DNA of 63,764 nt, counting the filler, from Stramenopiles sp. TOSAG23-3 (taxonomy: Eukaryota): NCBI GenBank assembly GCA_900128585.1. It is 5 parts of 5 records of this genome, joined end to end, with 100 filler letters (N's around TTAATTAATTAA, not from the genome) between each part and the next. Parts side by side here need not be neighbours in the genome. Positions count along the whole stretch, not along the records: positions 39,877 to 59,606 come from LT642391.1; positions 59,707 to 61,685 come from LT645185.1; positions 61,786 to 63,764 come from LT645186.1; 2 more parts are not named here. One strand, given 5' to 3'. Under the pieces are notes generated by a model. That model was not told the origin of the DNA. It ran no database searches and saw nothing but the letters and a program-made list of their open reading frames with translations. Both the position numbers and the translations under genes were made by a program. Each line of letters opens with the position of its first letter. Position 1 is the stretch's first letter. Of the stretch, positions 50,247 through 61,807 are shown piece after piece.

Positions 50247-51452
50247 CACGAAACGCTTCCTCTACTAGAAAATGCTTCTTGCTGTTCCCGTTTCGACACC
50301 GCAAGAAGGGCGAAACCAAGAACCTAATGTAAGCGTGTTTGCGAGGGGGGGTTGAAATATAAAAGAAATGATAGTAATTTAAAAGGAAAGCAGTTCCTAA
50401 GAAGAAACATCTCTTGCATTCCTTGAATGTTTCTGAAATCTGTACCGCGGAAAAAATATTCAACAACAAACACAAGCAACAATTAAACCAGAGCAGCAGG
50501 CAGCATCATCCACCAAATAGTAAAAAAATAAGTAATAAATATATTATAATAATAGAACACAAATATCTACTATTATAAATACCGGTATAATAATACTACG
50601 GGTACGATAATTGATAGACCGACTAGACGTCTAATAGAAGGAGGGAGGGAAGGAGGGAAGATGAGAAGAGATGGGTAAATTTAAAAAATAAAATAAATAA
50701 AAGAACCTACCTCTCCTCCTCCTTGGAAAAAAAGAAGAAAAGAAGAAAGAAGAAGAGGATGTGTTTGTGGTTCTTGAAGAAACAAAGAAAGTATTATTAT
50801 AGGAAGAAGAAGAAACGCATGAAAAAAAAAGTCCTAAAAAAAAAAATGAAGAATTAAGAAAGAATCTTCTAACAGGCACAGAGTATTAAATATTTATTTT
50901 ATACTATTAAAACTATACATAAATCGATTATAAATACATATATTTAAAAATATTACATGATTGTAATCATATTTAATATTATATTTACATATTCTATTAT
51001 ATAGTAAATATATTTAATTACTACAAAATACAAACTTTGCCGTTAATTTTGAAAAAATGTTTAAAACAACGAACGTTACGTTACATTTATTATTTTAAGA
51101 AGATGATTATTTATAGCTAAAGAAGATAATCGCTCAGTGCAACTCGATGGTGGGTGTACGATGATATAATTAACTAGAGACAAATAATAAGCCGTCGTCT
51201 ACGTCAATACGGTACACGTATTACATAATAATAATAAAAAATTTGTAAGGAATTGAATCGACCGTTTTGTTTTCCCGTTCATTTCAGTTGTAACGTTTTC
51301 ATTTTTTTATTTGTAGTCGTTTCATATTTTTTTAATTCGGTGTAATCGCTTATTGCCCTTCTTCTATTTTAATTTGATTAGAAACTGTTTAAACGTTAAA
51401 GAAGTAAATATCTGGTTTCGTTAAAGGGCAGTACATATACTTGAAGCGAGCA

Positions 51453-54400
51453 ATGGCCCTCGACCGAAAAATACGTGTAGCCTTGCACCTTTCCAACGCG
51501 TTTGCAGATCCGGACTATGAAGGTGAGGACTACGAAAAGAGAAGGGAGCAAGGGCGAAAGATTCTGAAAGAGTCGTTCCAGCAGTTAGTGCGTGGTCGCA
51601 ACCGCCAGAATGGAATATTAGGAGAAGGGGAAGAGTTGTCGGCACCAGACTCGCTGACGAAAGCGGCCGAAAGTGCCATGCGGAACGAGGAAAACGAAAT
51701 CGCAGCCACGGCCGTTCACGAGTTTTTTCTGCAGGATCCTCCAAAGAACCAGTTCTACTGCCGTTCTTTGTTTGTAAAAGCCCAACTGGAAGCCTTGAAG
51801 GCTGCCCGGTTTGCAGGCGATAAAGCATTGAAGCAGACGCAGAAAGCCATCGCTGTTCTGCTCGAGGCCCTGGAGATAATGCTTAAACCAGAAAATAGAC
51901 CTAGGTATGACTTTCTTATCTACAATGTGAGTGTCCACTATTGGAGGATCTCTCGTCAAATTTTGCGCCCCGGGGTGATGCAATTTGTTGTCGAATCAAT
52001 GTCCAAGATTGTGCAAGCGCTAGAAGATGCGGACGACCAAGACAAGGCCTGGAGATCCCGATACCACATGACGCTGGCAAAGTGCTACGACGATGCCGGG
52101 GACGTGGCGAATTCGATGGCGCAAGCCATGAAAGCCTTAGAACTGGCAAGAGACGCGGAAGAGAGCAGCAAAGGGGACCCCGACGTGCTGGCGCTCCTTG
52201 AGAGTGCAAAACGGCTACGAATTCACGTCGCTCGAAACGATGGGGGCGCCGCGAAACATGTGGAAACCGCGGCTTCTGAAGAAAAGGAAGACTTGCGGGG
52301 TTCCACGATTGTAAACCTGCAAGGCTTAAAGTCGGGCATTCTGCCAGCCGAACAGGCGGAGGTAAAGCTTGGCGAAATCCTGTCCAATTTGGACGATGGT
52401 CAGCCTGCGGGTGGGGACGATGCGGACGAAAATGCATCCCCGAACAAGCGTCGCCGTGTGTTTATTGCAGACCTGTTAGTAGAAGCTGGGCGCCTGTGTG
52501 TAGCAAATCGCCTGTTCAACTTGGCGCAATCGTTTGTCGACCTGTTTGAACGTCAGAAAGGAAACCCAGGAAAAGCTGGTATGCAAATTGATTTCTTGAG
52601 ATGTGAACTTATTGTAGAATCCTTACGCGATAAGCCACGAGAGACGGGACGGCATCGCCGAGGAAGGCACAAGCGGGACGACAGTGCGGATGTATTAAAG
52701 ATGGACAAACGCAGAATTGGGGCCATGCGTATATCGCGGCGTATTGAAGCTGTGAAGCGTTTGGAACGGGTCCTGATGGCATGCAAACGGTCGGAAGACC
52801 CTGACCTTTTGCATGAAGGCTGCGTGCTGGCATGGAACATATCTATGCCGTTGCTTCAGCCCCACCTGCTTAAACATATCCATCGTCTCTTTACCATTGC
52901 TGCCACTGCGTTGGAAGAGATCGACTCCCCGTTGAAACCGTTACGCGCGAAACTGCACTTTGAAGTTGCAAAATGCGAGATATCACAAGATTTTCTTGCG
53001 AAGGCGGCGACGCAGATCAACAAAGCCTTGGCATTGGATTACGGAAAAATTGCAGCAGCGATGGAAAAAGAGGGAATCGCATCAGGCGGAGGAAAGGCCC
53101 CCCCTGCGAAAAAGGGAAAGAAAGGGAAGAAAAAAGGGTCCCGACCCGGTACTGGAGCCAGTACCACGCCGTCCTCGGTGTCTTCCTCCGTTGGGAACAA
53201 CGATGCGCTGCGGCCACTCGACAGGTTTCTAAAACCTCTGCAAGCAAAGTTGGAGCTAAAATCGAACATATACAAGGAGCCAGACACGGCGGTAGAGAAA
53301 GCTACGATATTGCTAGAGCAGGCAAAGGATGCGAAGGACCCGCACTTGCGCTCGGCGTTGCTGCAGCGCGCCGTCGGGCTTCTGAAAGACGCAGAAGACG
53401 CGAACTCAGACGAGACTGCCGCCAGCCCATCGGTGGAGAGGCCTGGGAGCAGTGCCAGCCGGCCTGGAACCTCGGCCAGTACCGCTTCCCCCCCCGGCCC
53501 TTCACTGGAAGAGCTACGAACGTTGAGTGACGGCATTGCTCTCTGGGCCGAGATTATGAGAATGGCGTGGTCATTGAAGATGACGGACATTGTCCATGAA
53601 AGTTCGCAAAGGGTCTTAAACCGTTCTTGGGATGTTCAGACATTTAAGGAAATGGTCGTTTTGCAAGTAGAAGCCTGTTATATCAAATCCCAATGTTTCG
53701 TCGAACAAATAAGCATGGCCTCACCGAACTTGTTTGAAGGAGCAGTCGGGGTTGACGGCCTCAGACCGCAAGCCCTGGGGCTTACAAGCGGAAACGACGT
53801 GCCACTTCATCCCAGATTCTTGAACATGAAGACAAAAGTAGTGAGCCTCATAGTTCAGGGCGTAGGTTTGGCAAAGACTTTGAACGACAAAGCCCTTGTA
53901 GAGAACGGGGCGATTTACCTGTGGAATTATCACCATCACCTGTTTCGTAGCTGCGCCCCCTCGATAATGCAGGAGGACGATGTAGCAGTGAATAAAAACA
54001 GTCGGCTCGAAAAGATGATTCCTAGTGTAAAAGATGCCTTTGTGAGTGTCTTAGAAACATTACAAGAGGTTGGGTCGACGGATATGAATTTAATGTGTTG
54101 CGTGTGTGAAGGACTGGGTCGCATTTTTGAATACGAAAAAGACGGCGCGAAGGTAGAAGAAATATGTACCATCGGTATCGAGCTTGGAAAGTCGCGCCCT
54201 GGAGTCATTAAACCGTTGGTCGCCTGTCTTGCCCGTGCTCAGAAAATAGTCGGTGGTGTCAAGGGGGCAGTTGGTTCGGGTGAGCCTGTGTTGGAGGTCA
54301 TTGCTGGGGTCGAAGTGTTAGGTCTCTCGGAAGTTCCCGATACAGAAAAGACAGGGATGTTAACAAAGGTGATGGAGCTCTTGAAAGGCTGTCGCGGAGC

Positions 54401-57400
54401 CCTTATGTTTAAAGAAAGTAGGAATGAGGAAGACGTTAAAGAGTCTTCGAAAAAGACTTTTATGCCAGGAGCAGCCATAGACAAAACGCTGGAAGATGTT
54501 GAAGAAGGCCACCAACTTTGGGTGGAGCTGTGGGCAAAAGTATCACAGTGTGCCGTTGACCTGGGGTGTTACAGAGAGGCACAGATAGCGTCTCACCAAG
54601 CTGCATCGGTTCTGCCTGATCATCACAGGGACCGTGAAAGCATATCAAGCTCTATTTGGAGATGGCACGCGCTGGCAGAAGCCGTTTGGGGCACGGCCAT
54701 TGTTAATCTGATTGACCCGACGCGGCAGGAGCGCACCCTTCGTGAGGAGCTTAGGGTTACAGCTCTGACCCATTTCTGCTTGGCGTGCAGGTGGGGCACA
54801 AAGTCAAACGATGCCAAAGTAGTGCTGTCGATTGCTCGTCAATTTTGGAATGCATGTGTCCCTTTTGTTTCTTCTGCACTAACGCGTCGTTTGTTGCAAC
54901 AACCGCTACGGGTTGTGTTGAATAAGCTTTCAGAAGTCGGAGAACAAACCGATTTAGAGTTGCGGCTTAAATTGTACTTGGTAATTTTGGATTGTTTCAA
55001 AGACGGGGAAGACTGGAAAAATGGGTTGGACACCGTCGACGAGGCATTTCAATACATTCCGAGTAACTTACAAAAACCTCTATGGTCCGTTCGTGTGGTT
55101 TTCTTGAGCAAGCTTGGTGGTAATGTCGCCGAGGGCTTGTCCAAGATGAAGCACAGTGACACTGCAATGCAGGCCAAGGCTTGGTTGACTTTGGCGGAAT
55201 CTTCATCTGAAGAAAATGCTGAAATGTCGGCGTACCTTTCAGCTATTCAATGTGTGGAAGGTACGTTGGACTGCGTGGAGTGCCATTTAGAATTTGCTCA
55301 GTGGCTGTATTCTCACCGGTTCCCCAGGCAGGACGTCTGTTCGTACGCCATGGCGGCGCTTGACTTGCTGCTGGACATCGAGGACAACATGGACGGGGAG
55401 GAAGACGAAGAATTGGACGATCATCGGTCAAACGCGCAGTCTAGGGTGTCCCGCCAAACTGGCGGCTCACGCCAAACAAGGGGCAGCAAGCGAGGGCTTA
55501 GCCGTGCAAAATCTAGGAGCAGTGTTGGGAGTAAGGCGAGATCCTCAACTCGAGCGAGCACGTCCGCCCTCTCTAGCACGGTAATTGCTTCCGACGATGG
55601 CGACGGGGTTCCAAAAACGTTTGATGTAGGTCACCTTGAACAGATTATCCGCGCGTTTGTAATCTTAGCGCGCGTGTCGACTCGCGCAGATGAACGATCA
55701 AATTTTTTCGTGCTCGCGCATCGCTACGTAGTAAAATTGATGGCTGTAGTCATAGGGGCGATGAATGATCGCAGAGCAGCCGATGCGCACGCAAGTTTGA
55801 CGGAAGAAGAGCAAGAAGAGAAACCTTTTTCTGTCTACAAGAACGAGGCAGCGGTCGCGTTTTCGTGCCCTTCTTCGGACGTTGAATGGGCTGGTTACAC
55901 CGTGACAGATGAGTTCGTAGAAGAAATGAAGAAAGCCGTGCCCGAAGCGTGCATGGCAAGGTCCGTTTTTGCATCTTCAGACCGCGCTGTGATTAGCTCT
56001 ACTTCAATCCAAAATTTTCCTCGAGCTTATGCGTTTTTTAACGACCTGTCAACAGGGCTGATCGAGCACGGTCACCAACTATTAGCATGCTCGGTCCTTG
56101 CCACCCTACAGATTATGGTAACAAGTCTGGGGGGCTTGAACACTCGCGCATTGCAACGGCTGGTCTTTATGAAAATGGCAATTAATTACGATTCGTTAAA
56201 TTTGAGGACCATGGCGAAGACATTGTTTCAGAAGTGCACGTCTGTTGCTCCAGACGCCGAAGAGCTGGCGCTGTTTGAGGAGGATATTTCTCAGAGAGAG
56301 CAGGCCATCCTGGAAGATAACACCGATCAAAACGGTGAAGCTAGCAATGTGGCAATAATCCAGAGGAAGAATGCTGCAATGCACCGAAAGAAGGTGCAGG
56401 CGTTGCACGTTCGACATGTTTGGATTGACCTCGCACGGTTGTGTTGCCGATTGGGCATGGTCAACGGCGCAAAGGAACTGCTGGTAGAGGCAATGCGTCA
56501 CTCCAAAGCATATCTGGACCAGCAGGCCATCGCAGTTATTTATCAGATTCAGGGACTCATTGCGGAATCGGAGGGAGCGGTAGAGCAGTCCTTGCAGCTT
56601 GCTGATGACAGCATTAACAAGAGCGTGTGCACGGTCAGCGTCTACCAGGCTCTGGAGAGCATTTTGAGACGCGCGTCGATATACGAGAGCTCTCGTAGAC
56701 AGAGCAAAGCGCGCACGTTGCTCACGGAAGCAGTCGCTGCTTTCCAGAACTTGTCAGAGCTTGAGCGTACCGGGCTAGACGTAGGGATCGGCATTCTGAA
56801 GAAGCGAACCCTGACCAGTAGCCCCAGTCCGCCTCGAACCAAGGGCCGCAGCCGAAGCGGCAATGCGGGGATGGGGGGAGATCTCGACTACAAGTTTGCG
56901 GTTCTAAAGTGCAAGTCTGAGCTGACACGTCTCGAAGGCCTGGACGCGGCCTCGCTGAAGTCCCAGGGAAGCCCATGGAAAGAGGAGTGGAAACGCTGCA
57001 ACTCTGGATTTCTTGAAGTAATCGAAAAGCTCGAAAAGCTAGGGTACTCTGTGGTTTTGCCGGGCATTTTGAGTGCTTACGCCGATGCAACCCTCGAGTT
57101 TGGAGTAGATGGGACAAAGGCAGTGCTCGGATTGAACGAGGACGACACCAGCGTGACGGAGAGGACGGTGAAGCTCTATGCTATTGAGCTACTTGAGAGA
57201 GCAAAGGTTCACGCGGAGAACAATTTTTCCGTGACCTCCCCAGTAGATGTGTCCTCGTCTTTGGCAATGGAGATAAGCGTGCCATCTTCCCGCAGCCTTG
57301 TGGGGCTCAAAGTGCGCCTTGCGCAGATGTACATTCAGCTCTCCGTTCTGAAGCACGAGAAGGTGGCAAACAAAGAGCAACGGCAAAGGATGGACTTGCG

Positions 57401-59390
57401 ACGAATGAACGCGGCGCGTGCGGACGGGAGCGGTGGTCCAACGATAATAGACAAGTGGTTGGACGCAACGGCCCCGAAACCCCCCGTTACAGCGGAGGAG
57501 AAACAAATATCCCACTGCGGGAAGGGTGTTGTCCTGGCCAGCAGCGCCCATGCCGTCGGGGGACGCGTTTCGTGCCTGAGAGCAAAGACGATGACGATGG
57601 TGGGTCGAGCAGTGCTGCACAGCGCGCAGATCGAAGGGGAGTTGGTAGGGGCCTGGCTCCCGTCCGGCAATGCAGACCCGGACGAGCGAGAAGAGTTTGA
57701 AGAGGAGAACGTATATTGCGCTCAGCAACGCTTGGTCTCCGGTGACAGTCTCCGAAAGCAGGCCGAGAAACTCCTCCTGCGGGCAGTGGATGCGGGCGTG
57801 CGGGAGGAGCGTTGGGACTTGGTCGAAAACGCCGCAGGCAGTCTTGTCACGTGCTACGGCGCTATCGATCCTGTCGAGGGAGCGAAAGCGATGATGCTTC
57901 GCCAGAGTTGTCGAATATCGCAGCGACTGTTTCGAATGTTCAAAACTGCGTGCGACCCGACCAACCGAGAGCTGCTCTTCTTTACTCAGCACCAGTCGTT
58001 GCACAAAGCATTTTTGCACCCAGACGTCAACTTCAGCTACAACCAGAACCACGCGTATTTGTCGGCCACGTCCGATATTTGGAATAAATTGTATTGCGGG
58101 GAAAAAGTGGATCAAATGTTAGAGAAATGCCCCTCAGATACCTGCTTCTTCCTGTGCGATCTGAACGCTGATTCGACGAAGATGTTTGCAGCCGTCCTAC
58201 GCCGCGATGGTGAAGGTACTGTTCACGGGGCAACGTCGATGCACGCTCTGGACGAATCGCAGCGTAGCGACTTGTTGCACTTGATAAACGGGTTTGAATC
58301 TTGGAAAAAGCGTTTGGCCAAATTCTTGCTGCGGTACGGTCCGACGTGTGGCCCCAGTGGAGATCGTGATCTCGTCGGGGAACGCACGGCAGAGACCAAC
58401 GACACCTACGAGCAAGAGTTTCAGGTACTGCGAGACCAGATGGAAGATCTCCTTCGACCAGTATTGCAGACCCCAGCGATCACGGAGGTGTGGAAAGACG
58501 AAAGTGTGAAGCAAATCGTTCTTTTGCCAGACTGGAAGCTTTCCAACTTGCCGCTCGAATCAATGAAAATGTTTCGCCAGCCCCCCGCAGCGGCCGGCGA
58601 TGTGTCCGGGCTAGCGCCCGTTCTCTGCCGAGACTTTTCATTGCACGTGGTGTACCACCGCTTGATGGAGGAGGGTGCGGAAGCCCCCGGCTCTTTCAAC
58701 AACACGGCGTACATCGTAGACCCTCAGCACGAAGACAAGAAAGGCGGTAACGAAGACGACAACGGTCTTGGTCTCCCGAAAGGGTCCCAGAATACTGGAA
58801 AAGTTGATGATCCCGAGGCAACAGGCCAATCTATTGAAACTTTCGAAGTACACTCTGCGCCTGCATGGGCTGGGGTAAAAGGGTCCGAGCATGCCCCGAG
58901 TGCAGCAGAGTGGCAGCAGTATCTCACGAAATCCAAGAACCAAGGAATGTTCGTGTTCTACGGGTTTGGAAACATGCTTTCGTATTTCAACCCTCAGCGA
59001 TTGGTCGGCATGAGACTAGGAGGCTGTCGTCTTGCGCTTTTGTTTGGAGGCTCTGCAACGGATGGGAGCTATCGCCGACAGGGGAAATTGGACAACCAAA
59101 AATTAGCCGAAATGATAGAATTAGAAAGACCTATCGAAACGGCTGCCCTGTTGACTCTGTGCGGTGTAAGTTCGATCGCAACCAACGTATGGAGCACGTC
59201 GCCTCATGCAAACCGACGCGCGTACCTGACTGCTATGCCAGCATTAAAATCAGGAAAACCGGTCGCAGACTGTTTGCACGAGAAACTGCGTTCTTTTATC
59301 CCGAAGAACAAGTCCGCAGACAACCCTAACTTGAAGGAACGAGTTCGGTACAGCATGGTTGTTTACGGCTTGAACACTTCGTTGAAGTAA
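51453..59390 (+). CDS. CFAP46: Cilia- and flagella-associated protein 46 (TTC40), central apparatus
   Basis: About 2645 aa; N-terminal 'PPKNQFYCRSLF…PRYDFLIYNVSVHYW…ILRPG…DKAWR', 'LHFEVAKCE…DFLAKA', C-terminal 'LPLE…RDFSLH…YIVDP'. Confidence 0.9.
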   Translation: MALDRKIRVALHLSNAFADPDYEGEDYEKRREQGRKILKESFQQLVRGRNRQNGILGEGEELSAPDSLTKAAESAMRNEENEIAATAVHEFFLQDPPKNQFYCRSLFVKAQLEALKAARFAGDKALKQTQKAIAVLLEALEIMLKPENRPRYDFLIYNVSVHYWRISRQILRPGVMQFVVESMSKIVQALEDADDQDKAWRSRYHMTLAKCYDDAGDVANSMAQAMKALELARDAEESSKGDPDVLALLESAKRLRIHVARNDGGAAKHVETAASEEKEDLRGSTIVNLQGLKSGILPAEQAEVKLGEILSNLDDGQPAGGDDADENASPNKRRRVFIADLLVEAGRLCVANRLFNLAQSFVDLFERQKGNPGKAGMQIDFLRCELIVESLRDKPRETGRHRRGRHKRDDSADVLKMDKRRIGAMRISRRIEAVKRLERVLMACKRSEDPDLLHEGCVLAWNISMPLLQPHLLKHIHRLFTIAATALEEIDSPLKPLRAKLHFEVAKCEISQDFLAKAATQINKALALDYGKIAAAMEKEGIASGGGKAPPAKKGKKGKKKGSRPGTGASTTPSSVSSSVGNNDALRPLDRFLKPLQAKLELKSNIYKEPDTAVEKATILLEQAKDAKDPHLRSALLQRAVGLLKDAEDANSDETAASPSVERPGSSASRPGTSASTASPPGPSLEELRTLSDGIALWAEIMRMAWSLKMTDIVHESSQRVLNRSWDVQTFKEMVVLQVEACYIKSQCFVEQISMASPNLFEGAVGVDGLRPQALGLTSGNDVPLHPRFLNMKTKVVSLIVQGVGLAKTLNDKALVENGAIYLWNYHHHLFRSCAPSIMQEDDVAVNKNSRLEKMIPSVKDAFVSVLETLQEVGSTDMNLMCCVCEGLGRIFEYEKDGAKVEEICTIGIELGKSRPGVIKPLVACLARAQKIVGGVKGAVGSGEPVLEVIAGVEVLGLSEVPDTEKTGMLTKVMELLKGCRGALMFKESRNEEDVKESSKKTFMPGAAIDKTLEDVEEGHQLWVELWAKVSQCAVDLGCYREAQIASHQAASVLPDHHRDRESISSSIWRWHALAEAVWGTAIVNLIDPTRQERTLREELRVTALTHFCLACRWGTKSNDAKVVLSIARQFWNACVPFVSSALTRRLLQQPLRVVLNKLSEVGEQTDLELRLKLYLVILDCFKDGEDWKNGLDTVDEAFQYIPSNLQKPLWSVRVVFLSKLGGNVAEGLSKMKHSDTAMQAKAWLTLAESSSEENAEMSAYLSAIQCVEGTLDCVECHLEFAQWLYSHRFPRQDVCSYAMAALDLLLDIEDNMDGEEDEELDDHRSNAQSRVSRQTGGSRQTRGSKRGLSRAKSRSSVGSKARSSTRASTSALSSTVIASDDGDGVPKTFDVGHLEQIIRAFVILARVSTRADERSNFFVLAHRYVVKLMAVVIGAMNDRRAADAHASLTEEEQEEKPFSVYKNEAAVAFSCPSSDVEWAGYTVTDEFVEEMKKAVPEACMARSVFASSDRAVISSTSIQNFPRAYAFFNDLSTGLIEHGHQLLACSVLATLQIMVTSLGGLNTRALQRLVFMKMAINYDSLNLRTMAKTLFQKCTSVAPDAEELALFEEDISQREQAILEDNTDQNGEASNVAIIQRKNAAMHRKKVQALHVRHVWIDLARLCCRLGMVNGAKELLVEAMRHSKAYLDQQAIAVIYQIQGLIAESEGAVEQSLQLADDSINKSVCTVSVYQALESILRRASIYESSRRQSKARTLLTEAVAAFQNLSELERTGLDVGIGILKKRTLTSSPSPPRTKGRSRSGNAGMGGDLDYKFAVLKCKSELTRLEGLDAASLKSQGSPWKEEWKRCNSGFLEVIEKLEKLGYSVVLPGILSAYADATLEFGVDGTKAVLGLNEDDTSVTERTVKLYAIELLERAKVHAENNFSVTSPVDVSSSLAMEISVPSSRSLVGLKVRLAQMYIQLSVLKHEKVANKEQRQRMDLRRMNAARADGSGGPTIIDKWLDATAPKPPVTAEEKQISHCGKGVVLASSAHAVGGRVSCLRAKTMTMVGRAVLHSAQIEGELVGAWLPSGNADPDEREEFEEENVYCAQQRLVSGDSLRKQAEKLLLRAVDAGVREERWDLVENAAGSLVTCYGAIDPVEGAKAMMLRQSCRISQRLFRMFKTACDPTNRELLFFTQHQSLHKAFLHPDVNFSYNQNHAYLSATSDIWNKLYCGEKVDQMLEKCPSDTCFFLCDLNADSTKMFAAVLRRDGEGTVHGATSMHALDESQRSDLLHLINGFESWKKRLAKFLLRYGPTCGPSGDRDLVGERTAETNDTYEQEFQVLRDQMEDLLRPVLQTPAITEVWKDESVKQIVLLPDWKLSNLPLESMKMFRQPPAAAGDVSGLAPVLCRDFSLHVVYHRLMEEGAEAPGSFNNTAYIVDPQHEDKKGGNEDDNGLGLPKGSQNTGKVDDPEATGQSIETFEVHSAPAWAGVKGSEHAPSAAEWQQYLTKSKNQGMFVFYGFGNMLSYFNPQRLVGMRLGGCRLALLFGGSATDGSYRRQGKLDNQKLAEMIELERPIETAALLTLCGVSSIATNVWSTSPHANRRAYLTAMPALKSGKPVADCLHEKLRSFIPKNKSADNPNLKERVRYSMVVYGLNTSLK

Positions 59391-59460
59391 ATTTCGCCCA
59401 AAACCGAAGTGGCAGGAGGCCAGGGCGCAACCATCAACATAAATTCATGTTCTTACTTTA

Positions 59461-59606
59461 ATAAAACAAGATAATTGGCTGTTATTTTATAGTAATTAAA
59501 ATTAAAGAAAAAAGAAGGTGTCAGTTCGTTCAAGAACAATATCTCCTCCTATTGCAGATCCTCCCCAAGTTCTGGTCAAGATTCCAATTGATTGGTCTTA
59601 AAAGTA
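59461..59606 (+). repeat. 3'-spacer dispersed repeat, module A (runs into scaffold end)
   Basis: Near-identical to 15297-15439. Confidence 0.92.
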
Positions 59607-59706
59607 NNNNNNNNNNNNNNNNNNNNNNNNNNNNNNNNNNNNNNNNNNNNTTAATTAATTAANNNNNNNNNNNNNNNNNNNNNNNNNNNNNNNNNNNNNN
59701 NNNNNN
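59607..59706. other. Artificial scaffold linker
   Basis: N44-TTAATTAATTAA-N44. Confidence 0.97.
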
Positions 59707-59707
59707 C

Positions 59708-61624
59708 AGTGGCACGAAAATTTCTGATGAAGAAAAGTCTTTCCTGGAGAAAGAGGAAGAGCGTGTCCATCGCATATATAGACGTCTCTCCGTCACAGAC
59801 ACTGGGTCGCACGAACAGTTTGTAAAAATGAGGCACGAAGACCGTGTCCTCGGGGACGGGAGCCGGGGGAAGGAGGGGGCCGCCGACCCCACCCCGTCGG
59901 CGATAATTGCAAGGATCAAAAGTCGTATGAAACGCCAGACAATGCAGATCGCGCAGCTTTTCTCGTACTGCGATGCTGACCGAAGCGGGTCGATCTCGAG
60001 GATGGAGTTGGCGGACGGTCTTAGGCATTTAGGATTAGAGCTCACGGCGAAGCAGCTGACGAGTCTGTGGCGGGCAATGGACGTGGATAGGGACGGTTCC
60101 ATCGACTACACAGAGTTTAAGCTGGCGCTCAACGCCACGGGGCTGGGCCCGTCGATGGCCCTGATAAGCCACACCCAAGTCGAAGAAAACATCGGCGCAC
60201 CCCGCGCAGTCGCCAGGGTGGTGCCCCAGAGGCTTGTGCAGCTGCGGAAGAAGCTTCACGCTGCAGCGTACACGATGGATGGGTCCGACCTGCACCAGCT
60301 GTTCTTGCGCCTGGACATCCACGGCACGGGGAGGCTCCCGAAGGAGAGACTCCTGCATGCCATCCGGAGCGTGTTTCCGATGAAGGTGGAGGAGTTGAAC
60401 GCTGTCTACAAGCTCATCGACCCGAAGAATCGTGGAGACGTAGGTTACGAAGAGTTTGAGCACTTCATCAACCAAAAGGGTGGTGTAAACGAGCGTGGCT
60501 ACGTGCTCGGCGAACACCACAAAATGTCGAGCGGCAAGACGGACAAGTCACTCGAGGAGTTGCTGACAGTGATGCAGCGGCAGCAGCAACGAACGATTCT
60601 GTTCAACCCGCCCCTCTTCTCCGGCGTCCAGGTCTCTACCTCGGGGGAGGACGGGGCCAAGGAGCTTGTCCTTCAGCTTCGCCTCCTGGGCTTCGAATTG
60701 TCCACGAAGGAAGGGGAATTGCTCATCGACACGTTCGGCTACGATAGCAGGGGGTTTAAAAAGTTGCACCGGGTGCTGGTGGCCAAAAAAATAATTGCCA
60801 TGTCGTACATATCCAATTTGGACGATTTCTTGGCGTCGTTCTCGACCTTGGACGCAGATGATTTTGGTATGCTTGATCGCGGGCAATTCTCGACTATCCT
60901 CACCAAGATCGTTGATTTGAACGCGGTAGAGAAGAGGCTTTTGCTGAAGATTCTTGACTTCGACGAGACCAACTTGATTCCGTACCGGGAAATATTCGAG
61001 TTTGCATGGGACAAGAAGGCGGCAAGCAAGGGGACACCGACTGGGGCAAAGAAGATGTTGACACTGATGGCGCCTAGAAATGACAGCTACGCTTCACGCC
61101 TCACGTCCAAATTGATGAAACTTAAGCACCTGGTTAGTCGGAACGACGCTGCCGGCGGTGTGCTGAAGCTGGATTTTCTCCGAAAGATGGACCGTAACCT
61201 TGACGGAGTCCTGACTAGGGATGAGCTGTTCCAGGGGCTGAATACCGAAGCAAAACTAGACGGGGTCTACATGTCCAAAGAGCAGGTCGAAGAAATGCTA
61301 GACTGCTTCAATGCAAACGGATCTGGAGTCCTGAAGCTCTCGAAACTTGAAAAATTCGAAAGGCTGGACCAACTCCGGTGCAAGCTGAAGGCTGCCACGT
61401 ACTCACACGTCGGCCAAGACATAAAATTTTTGTTTCGCATACTAACGCGTGGGAACGAAGAAGAAGGAATAGACCTGCAGGAGTTCGTAGAGACTTTGAA
61501 TAGAATGTGCAGGTTGTCTGGGCCAGAGCTGGGGATGTTGCTGAAGCAAGTCGACGTCAATGATGACAACACCATCGACAAGGACGAATTTTTGTCGTTT
61601 CTACAAGATATCCGAGTGCTTTAA
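59708..61624 (+). CDS. Multi-EF-hand calcium-binding protein, probably 5'-truncated
   Basis: DADRSGSISRME, DVDRDGSIDYTE, DRNLDGVLTRDE, DVNDDNTIDKDE; frame is open back to the scaffold start. Confidence 0.88.
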   Translation, partial: SGTKISDEEKSFLEKEEERVHRIYRRLSVTDTGSHEQFVKMRHEDRVLGDGSRGKEGAADPTPSAIIARIKSRMKRQTMQIAQLFSYCDADRSGSISRMELADGLRHLGLELTAKQLTSLWRAMDVDRDGSIDYTEFKLALNATGLGPSMALISHTQVEENIGAPRAVARVVPQRLVQLRKKLHAAAYTMDGSDLHQLFLRLDIHGTGRLPKERLLHAIRSVFPMKVEELNAVYKLIDPKNRGDVGYEEFEHFINQKGGVNERGYVLGEHHKMSSGKTDKSLEELLTVMQRQQQRTILFNPPLFSGVQVSTSGEDGAKELVLQLRLLGFELSTKEGELLIDTFGYDSRGFKKLHRVLVAKKIIAMSYISNLDDFLASFSTLDADDFGMLDRGQFSTILTKIVDLNAVEKRLLLKILDFDETNLIPYREIFEFAWDKKAASKGTPTGAKKMLTLMAPRNDSYASRLTSKLMKLKHLVSRNDAAGGVLKLDFLRKMDRNLDGVLTRDELFQGLNTEAKLDGVYMSKEQVEEMLDCFNANGSGVLKLSKLEKFERLDQLRCKLKAATYSHVGQDIKFLFRILTRGNEEEGIDLQEFVETLNRMCRLSGPELGMLLKQVDVNDDNTIDKDEFLSFLQDIRVL

Positions 61625-61685
61625 TAAAACTGTGCTGTAATTCCAATTACTACAAAAAAATTATAAATTTTTTTGGTTCATTATT

Positions 61686-61785
61686 NNNNNNNNNNNNNNN
61701 NNNNNNNNNNNNNNNNNNNNNNNNNNNNNTTAATTAATTAANNNNNNNNNNNNNNNNNNNNNNNNNNNNNNNNNNNNNNNNNNNN
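61686..61785. other. Artificial scaffold linker
   Basis: N44-TTAATTAATTAA-N44. Confidence 0.97.
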
Positions 61786-61807
61786 ATACTTAAATATGAG
61801 ATATGAT

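Noticed and set aside
58500-59380. CHAT/separase-like protease domain at the CFAP46 C-terminus as a novel fusion
   Set aside because: As I recall, this tail is a normal part of CFAP46 orthologues, and no catalytic His/Cys pair is evident
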